DNA from: a virus
Lineage: Duplodnaviria > Caudoviricetes
Reading direction: 5' to 3' (one strand)
Virus record (IMG/VR): IMGVR_UViG_3300023293_000016
Span: 1 to 51,861 of that record
DNA: 51,861 nt
Part shown: positions 46,031 to 51,861 of the stretch, piece after piece
How positions within the stretch are numbered: the stretch's first letter is position 1
How the letters are laid out: each line of letters opens with the position of its first letter
The notes under the pieces: model-generated
Database searches by the model: none
Told to the model about the DNA's origin: nothing
What the model saw: only the letters and a program-made list of their open reading frames with translations
Program-made: the position numbers and the translations under genes

Positions 46031-46606
46031 TTAACTCCTTTGGAAGACGCTTGTACGGGGACCCGAATTATTTAACAAATAATCGGTGTCTGTAATTAGG
46101 GATTGAAGGTCCGGGCCCTGCGCTTGTTGCGGGGGCATGTACGGGGTGAAGGGCTGAATAGAATTAGTAGGACCCATTGGGGTGCCGCTATACGCGCCGT
46201 ATGTCCGACCTTCTACTGGAGGAGGCGGCGGAGGCGTAAATGCGGTGTTATCCGGGGAGGGTGTAAACACGGGGTTAACCACCGGTGGAGGTGTAACAGG
46301 GGCAGGGAGCATAGGGTCCACACCGGGAGGAAGGGAAAAAACGGGCGTATCAGGGGCAGGCGCTTGTTCTAAAAAAGATACATTGTATTTTTCATTGGTG
46401 CCCGGCCCAAAAAGACCGGACTCAACATTCTTGCGTTGAGTTACCCCAGATTGCGCTTCCCGACCTTTATCGTCGTAAAGAACGTATCTAACCATGCCGC
46501 CACTGGCGCTAGGGGTAAACTCCAGTCGTTGACGCGTATCCGGAGCCACATCGCCACCTTCCGCAAACTTCTGCGGATAGGCGTAATTTAAACTCTTGCT
46601 CATCAT
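46031..46606 (-). CDS. Proline-rich hypothetical virion protein
   Basis: KFAEGG motif; ATGA overlap with the portal gene. Confidence 0.65.
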   Translation of the reverse strand: MMSKSLNYAYPQKFAEGGDVAPDTRQRLEFTPSASGGMVRYVLYDDKGREAQSGVTQRKNVESGLFGPGTNEKYNVSFLEQAPAPDTPVFSLPPGVDPMLPAPVTPPPVVNPVFTPSPDNTAFTPPPPPPVEGRTYGAYSGTPMGPTNSIQPFTPYMPPQQAQGPDLQSLITDTDYLLNNSGPRTSVFQRS

Positions 46607-49059
46607 TGCGTTTGCCCTCGCTGTTTAAGTATCTCACGGTCCATGGCCGATTGAATACGAGCCGCCGTCTGCTCTTCCTGAGACTGCAACCGCTGCTGGA
46701 ACTGCTGTCCGCGCATCTTCTGGTTCTGCGCATCCAACTCCAGCTTGGCCTGATCGATCTGAGTGTCCGCCTGATCTGCCGTCGCCTTCTGCTGCAACTC
46801 CTGCTCTTTAAGCTGAACAAGTGGATCAGGAGCGCCAGCACCCGAAAGCTCACCAGACAATTCTTTAAGCTGCTGCAAGCCTTCCGCAATTAACTGAGCC
46901 GTCATCTGCTCGACCTGAAGCATCTGCTCCTCGTCCGCAGGTTGACCACCCTGCTGCTGAACTTGCTGCAAATACTGAACCGCCGCTTGCTCGCGGGACG
47001 CAATCTGCACATGCTCCATAACGTGCTTCTGAACAGCAACCGCGACAGGAGGCATACCGCCCACAATCGGAGAAGTGCCAAACAACAAGTGAGCCGTAAT
47101 GTGCGCCTGATGGTTCTGACCCTCAAACGCCTTCAACGGCAACATGTCTAAAGCATTAATGTTTTCTTGCGCCGGATCAACAGGCTCATCCGTATCCGCC
47201 GGTATAGACTTCAACAAACGATCCGTGTCCGTAACACCCAAAGCGTCGTACATGTCCCTAAAGACTTCGTGCATGTTGTGTATCTCAGGAGCCTGAGACG
47301 CCAACTGCAACTTAGTCTGAGCCAACATAATACGCTGCGATTGACTAAACACATTCGGATTGCTGACCGGTATAACATCTACCCGACCATCAAAATCCTC
47401 GCGCATAATCGTCTCATCACCGCCCGGAACCGAATACGGATACTCCTGCGGCAAACTCTCCGACATAACACGGGCCAAAATCCGAAACTCTTGGCGCATC
47501 GCATAGTGCAACCGCTTGTGAACAGCACTCATAACACGAGAGCCCTGCTCCATCATAGCCATCGTTGTGCCGACAGCCGCGTTCTCGTTGCCGTCTCCAA
47601 CCTTCAAGTCTGTAATCGTCGCAAACCGCTGACCAGCCTGAACAACAAAACCCAACAACTGGAACAACGTCTGATCCGGACCCTTAAAGGGCAACGGCAT
47701 AAGACTATCGCGGATAGCCCCACCCGGAGCATCCACATCGCGGAACTCACCGGGCTGCAACGGTTCATCATCGTCTCTGATCCGTAGTCCACGGGCCTTG
47801 AAACCCGCAGGGAGGTTGGACAACGTACCCGCGTCAATCAACTGTCGCAGTGCCGAAGTGGCGGTCCGTGACAGACCCCCAATCGTGTGTATCAAGCCAA
47901 GGCCGTAAAAACCAAACCCCGGCAAAAACTTAAAATGCGTGAAAAATTGTATCTTCTTTTTCCGCTCATCTTCCTCGGTCCAATTCCGACGAACAGACAA
48001 AACCTGCCCGTTGTCCATGGAAAGCGTAACAATATAAGGGACCCGGATGCCCGTAGGCTCGCCGTCCTCGTCAAGCTCCTCATAACCCTCAAGGTCCAAA
48101 TCAACGTGACACTCAAGTATCGTGCAGTCGTAATCAATCGTACCCGGCTGTAGGCCGTCAATTCGATCTATCGTGCCGTCAAGCCCCGTAACCTCACGCT
48201 GCGCAGGAATAACGTCAACATCATCCAAATAAATCCCAGCAATCTGACGCTTGCGCAAATCATTCAAAGACATCCGAACAACCTGAGTAATATTAGGACA
48301 CGTCTCAAGATCAGAAGTTTCATACGGAACAACTAAATTCTCCGCAGGAACAAACTTACTGACCGCACGGCCCATAGCCTCGTCGTAATACGTCTTCTTA
48401 AACGTCGAACCAGCAAGCGGTAAATAAAACAACATCTGATCCATGTCAGGAGTGTAATCCTCCATGACATTCGTAATGTAATAATTCATAAATTGACGAA
48501 CACGCTGCGATTGAGCAGCCTTGGCCCGCGTCTCTTGGCCCATAACAACAGTACGAACAGGACCGCTAGACGGCAAAAGCTCATTAAAAGCCTGCGCCTG
48601 AAACTGTGTGGCAGCCTCCGCAAGCAACGGATGCGTAACACCCGAGGCCCCACGAAACGGCTGCGTCCGCTCCTCGTAGTTAAAGCCCAAAAGCTCCAAA
48701 CCACTCGAATACGCATCCTCCCAGTCCTGACGACTGGCCTTGTTCGCGTCATACTCGCTCAATAAATCACCCGCAATGCGCTGCAATTCACGATCCGGCA
48801 TCTCTTCAGCCAAGTTGGCATAAAAATCCATGTCCTCGCCGCGCTGGTCTTGGGGATCGAAATCAACCTCAACACCGCCGTCGTCAGTCTCACTGATTTC
48901 TATCTCGCCAACGTCCTCGGCACTAATCATAGCCATAACGTCGTTCTGTGAATCAGGAAGCTCAATCTCCATCTCAGCCTTTAGGTCATCCTCGTCAAGC
49001 TGCGCAGGAACATTGTTGTCCATTAAACTACCCGAGTAACCATTTATTTCTTCAGCCAT
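46603..49059 (-). CDS. Portal protein
   Basis: 818 aa; near terL; HPLLAEA...GSTFKK...GFYGLG...LIDAGTLSNLP; Gln-rich helical tail. Confidence 0.9.
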   Translation of the reverse strand: MAEEINGYSGSLMDNNVPAQLDEDDLKAEMEIELPDSQNDVMAMISAEDVGEIEISETDDGGVEVDFDPQDQRGEDMDFYANLAEEMPDRELQRIAGDLLSEYDANKASRQDWEDAYSSGLELLGFNYEERTQPFRGASGVTHPLLAEAATQFQAQAFNELLPSSGPVRTVVMGQETRAKAAQSQRVRQFMNYYITNVMEDYTPDMDQMLFYLPLAGSTFKKTYYDEAMGRAVSKFVPAENLVVPYETSDLETCPNITQVVRMSLNDLRKRQIAGIYLDDVDVIPAQREVTGLDGTIDRIDGLQPGTIDYDCTILECHVDLDLEGYEELDEDGEPTGIRVPYIVTLSMDNGQVLSVRRNWTEEDERKKKIQFFTHFKFLPGFGFYGLGLIHTIGGLSRTATSALRQLIDAGTLSNLPAGFKARGLRIRDDDEPLQPGEFRDVDAPGGAIRDSLMPLPFKGPDQTLFQLLGFVVQAGQRFATITDLKVGDGNENAAVGTTMAMMEQGSRVMSAVHKRLHYAMRQEFRILARVMSESLPQEYPYSVPGGDETIMREDFDGRVDVIPVSNPNVFSQSQRIMLAQTKLQLASQAPEIHNMHEVFRDMYDALGVTDTDRLLKSIPADTDEPVDPAQENINALDMLPLKAFEGQNHQAHITAHLLFGTSPIVGGMPPVAVAVQKHVMEHVQIASREQAAVQYLQQVQQQGGQPADEEQMLQVEQMTAQLIAEGLQQLKELSGELSGAGAPDPLVQLKEQELQQKATADQADTQIDQAKLELDAQNQKMRGQQFQQRLQSQEEQTAARIQSAMDREILKQRGQTQ

Positions 49060-49081
49060 GTAATCCTCCTATTTGACCAAC

Positions 49082-50014
49082 CTAAACGCCGTAATTACGG
49101 TACTTACGAGGAGATATCCCCATAACGCCTCTAGTCGTGTCAAAATAACCTTCCTCGTTGCGAGGGAAAAAAACATCCGGACCCTCAGACGGTGATTTAA
49201 AGTTCCGTGGGGCGCGAGGCTGATCCGCCGATGGCGTCATACGATCCTCCTCCGAACGTCCCATTATCTTATCTAACTGCTTAAATATCTCAGCGTCAAC
49301 CTGCTGGGTTAACTCCTCAACAGTCGCGTCTATTCCAGCCTTCATAAATATCTGACGACCAATCGCGTTGTTGCGCTGGTCCATAGCAACGTCACGCTTG
49401 TTCTGACCACCACCCATAAGAATCGGCGCAAAACGATCCATAAACTCACTAAAGTTTCCAGCACTCTCCGCAGTATCAGGCCCATACTCCGACGCCATAA
49501 CAGCCGAACCTAACAAATGACCCCGAGCATCCTCTAACTCAGGATACGTCGGCAAATCACCACGGTCCTCGGGCCGCGCATGACGGACTTCTTCAGAATA
49601 AAGGTCCAAATCGGTAGGTATTATCTTCTCGCCCGTCTCCTCGTCAAAGACACTCGGATAGCCGTACTCGTCAATTAATGTCTCCATAAACTCAGGGGAG
49701 GTGCCGCCAACACGGCCAGACTCACGTAAATCTTCCGTGACGTTCTTTCCACGTATCCGGTCCATGATAAGGGACCCTAAACCTTTTTGGTCCTCAAACT
49801 CCGCAAGCTCTTCTTCAGACATAACAGGCGCATCGTCGCCCACGGGGCCCCTGAGATCAGCAAACTCAGGCCTCGGGCTTTGTGACCCCGGTGCCGTGCC
49901 CGTCAACGTTTCTTCCAAGTACATAGGACTGCCGCCCCCCTCGAAATACATCACGTCGTCAAAGCCGCCAGCCCCAAGATTTACCGCAGTACCATACATC
50001 CAGACGCCCTTCAT
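49082..50014 (-). CDS. Hypothetical protein (DARGH...MDQRNNAIGR motif)
   Basis: ORF track; lies between terL and portal. Confidence 0.7.
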   Translation of the reverse strand: MKGVWMYGTAVNLGAGGFDDVMYFEGGGSPMYLEETLTGTAPGSQSPRPEFADLRGPVGDDAPVMSEEELAEFEDQKGLGSLIMDRIRGKNVTEDLRESGRVGGTSPEFMETLIDEYGYPSVFDEETGEKIIPTDLDLYSEEVRHARPEDRGDLPTYPELEDARGHLLGSAVMASEYGPDTAESAGNFSEFMDRFAPILMGGGQNKRDVAMDQRNNAIGRQIFMKAGIDATVEELTQQVDAEIFKQLDKIMGRSEEDRMTPSADQPRAPRNFKSPSEGPDVFFPRNEEGYFDTTRGVMGISPRKYRNYGV

Positions 50015-51478
50015 CTAATAATACAATCTCACTTTAGCAGAGTTTTCTTCATCTTCCCAGTCATCTGTTGGTAATTGTACAAAATTACCTTGTCTATAGC
50101 GCATAAGTGCCTGCGTCATACTATCAACCAAATCGTCATGCTCCCCATTCGGAAAGGCCGCAACCTCCTCAATTAACTCCTCCGCCCACATCTCGTCAGG
50201 AGCCCAAACCATCCCAGCCTCAAATAATGGCGCTATACTATGCGCCCGAGTAATCTTGTCATTACCACGACTTGGAGTGAAATTCACAACAGGAATCCCC
50301 ATAGCACGTAACTCCTGCGTCAAAGGGGTCCCAGAAGCCTTCGCCTCAACAATAACCGTGTCAGGCTCCCAAAATTTATAATTTTCTAAAGCCTCCTGCT
50401 TTAATTCCGGAAAATCCCAACGCCCCTTCTTACTATCCAACAAAATTAAATTAGGCCCAGAACCACCCTCATTCGGATAAAATACCCCCCACGTTGTAAT
50501 CGCACTAAAGTCAGCAGTCTCCCGCTTACTAAAAGCCGTATCGTAACTTTGAATAACATATTCCAACTGAGGAACCTTATCCTGATCCCAAACACGCCAC
50601 CACTCGCGCTTGATAATCGCATTCTCCTCGCCAGTAGGATTTTGCTGATATTGCGCATTCCACTTGCTCGGAGGAATCGAAGCCTTGACCGCAGTCAAAT
50701 CCTCCAAACTCCAATACTCAGGCCAACAAGAAGTCCCGTCCTCAAAAATAGCAGGTAACTCAACAACCTCCCACTGATCCGCAGAACCATCCTTCGCTTG
50801 AGCCCGCAGCAACTGACCCGTCATATCCTTCTCAGACCACCGCGTCTGAACCAAAACAATGCTCCCCCCCGGCTGTAAACGCTGACGAGGACCACCAGTA
50901 TACCAATCCCAAGCGTCCTCAAAACCCGTGTTGCTCATCGCCGTCTGCTCCGAATGAGGATCGTCAATGATAATTAAATCACCACCACGACCAGCTAAGT
51001 TCGAACCAACACCAACAGCATAATACATCCCACCGTCGCTCGTGTCCCACCGACCACTCGCCTTGCTGTCCGCAGCTAACTTTACCCCCGGAAACACATC
51101 CCTGTAATCGTCACTCTCAATCAAGTTCTTCGTCTTGCGACCAAAGTTAACAGCTAACTCCGTCGTGTGCGTAGCCTGAATGATCTTCATCTTCGGATTA
51201 CGGCCCATCATCCATGACGGAAATAAATAACTCGCAAACTCACTCTTCGTGTGCCGCGGAGCCATGTTGATGATAAGTCGCTTTAAGTCGCCATTTGCAA
51301 CCCTTTCCAACTTCTCAGCAATAATCTTATGATGACGGCCCGCAATAAAATCAGGCCAAACTGTTTTTACAAAAATTAAAAAATTATTTTGGCACTCCTC
51401 GTTCTTCATGATCTGCGCCAAACGTAATTCTAATTTTAATTTTTTATCCTCTAACATCGAATTTTGAGCAACGTTCAT
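50015..51478 (-). CDS. terL: Terminase large subunit
   Basis: PRHTKS Walker A, IIIDDP Walker B, QSYDTA...DFSA, VEAKASG and HDDLVD nuclease motifs. Confidence 0.95.
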   Translation of the reverse strand: MNVAQNSMLEDKKLKLELRLAQIMKNEECQNNFLIFVKTVWPDFIAGRHHKIIAEKLERVANGDLKRLIINMAPRHTKSEFASYLFPSWMMGRNPKMKIIQATHTTELAVNFGRKTKNLIESDDYRDVFPGVKLAADSKASGRWDTSDGGMYYAVGVGSNLAGRGGDLIIIDDPHSEQTAMSNTGFEDAWDWYTGGPRQRLQPGGSIVLVQTRWSEKDMTGQLLRAQAKDGSADQWEVVELPAIFEDGTSCWPEYWSLEDLTAVKASIPPSKWNAQYQQNPTGEENAIIKREWWRVWDQDKVPQLEYVIQSYDTAFSKRETADFSAITTWGVFYPNEGGSGPNLILLDSKKGRWDFPELKQEALENYKFWEPDTVIVEAKASGTPLTQELRAMGIPVVNFTPSRGNDKITRAHSIAPLFEAGMVWAPDEMWAEELIEEVAAFPNGEHDDLVDSMTQALMRYRQGNFVQLPTDDWEDEENSAKVRLYY

Positions 51479-51519
51479 GGGGGACCCTACTTAATTTATG
51501 GTACGCGGTTCACGGCCAA

Positions 51520-51535
51520 TGTTTCACGTGAAACA
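51520..51535. promoter_or_regulatory. parS: parS centromere-like site
   Basis: Exact palindrome TGTTTCACGTGAAACA, the bacterial chromosomal ParB-binding consensus. Confidence 0.85.
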
Positions 51536-51552
51536 TATGCGATATTACGGGC

Positions 51553-51562
51553 TATTATAGGA
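51553..51562 (-). promoter_or_regulatory. Candidate -10 element for terL
   Basis: TCCTATAATA on the minus strand, identical to 4141-4150. Confidence 0.45.
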
Positions 51563-51758
51563 CAGTTAAGGCTCGTTGGAAATAACTAATGAATATTCGT
51601 GAGAAACATGGCCCAAGCCCTCGGTACGCAAACCCCGGGCCGCGGGTTTCGGGCAGGTTTTTCGGCGCAAAACCGGTGGTTTTTGACCCGATATCGGAGG
51701 GACCCGAGCAATTTGCAGGGATCGCGGGCCGCGGATCGCGGTCCAGCTACGCGGGTTT

Positions 51759-51856
51759 TGATGTCGGGCCGGTGTCGATCTGATGTCGGGCCGGTGTCGA
51801 TCTGATGTCGGGCCGGTGTCGATCTGATGTCGGGCCGGTGTCGATCTGATGTCGGG
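51759..51856. repeat. 22-bp tandem repeat TGATGTCGGGCCGGTGTCGATC, 4 copies plus a 10-bp partial
   Basis: Identical units at 51759, 51781, 51803 and 51825; partial at 51847. Confidence 0.95.
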
Positions 51857-51861
51857 TAACT

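Noticed and set aside
46606-49039. Antisense and alternative-frame ORFs within the portal gene
   Set aside because: Fully overlap a confident gene; no motifs.
51759-51856. Possible CRISPR array
   Set aside because: Units are contiguous with no spacers, and no cas genes are present.
1-51861. tRNA or rRNA genes
   Set aside because: No cloverleaf or rRNA-like sequence noticed in the few intergenic gaps; tRNAscan-SE would be needed to confirm.

Overview
The window looks like a near-complete genome of a tailed dsDNA phage, probably a podovirus-like marine phage of an alphaproteobacterial host. Gene order and the MAISRAQLAKELEPGLNALFG capsid recall the HTVC010P/HTVC023P/CRP-901-like groups; this is from memory, no search was run. 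Almost all genes are on the minus strand. Left arm (1-14.3 kb): small terminase, VRR-NUC-type nuclease, AT-rich repeat region, small regulators, a plus-strand ATP-grasp ligase, family A DNA polymerase (Leu762 type), UvrD-like helicase, primase, SSB-like protein and a plus-strand SNF2 helicase. Right arm (14.3-51.5 kb): ejection/internal virion proteins (one with a lytic transglycosylase domain), tail and lysis genes, tail fibre with S74 chaperone, adaptors, major capsid, scaffold, GroES, portal and large terminase. No integrase, tRNA, rRNA or CRISPR array was seen. Best candidate for a new system: a graspetide-synthetase-like ATP-grasp ligase (4186-4935) together with three plesiocin-like T-x-A-x-G-E-D cores embedded in the transglycosylase virion protein (15127-15270), which is split by a +1 frameshift. 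Other notable items: a perfect parS site upstream of terL, a pseudoknot ahead of a putative capsid-decoration gene, a chimeric duplication scar in the tail module, and a shared operator-like box. All product calls rest on motif recognition by eye.
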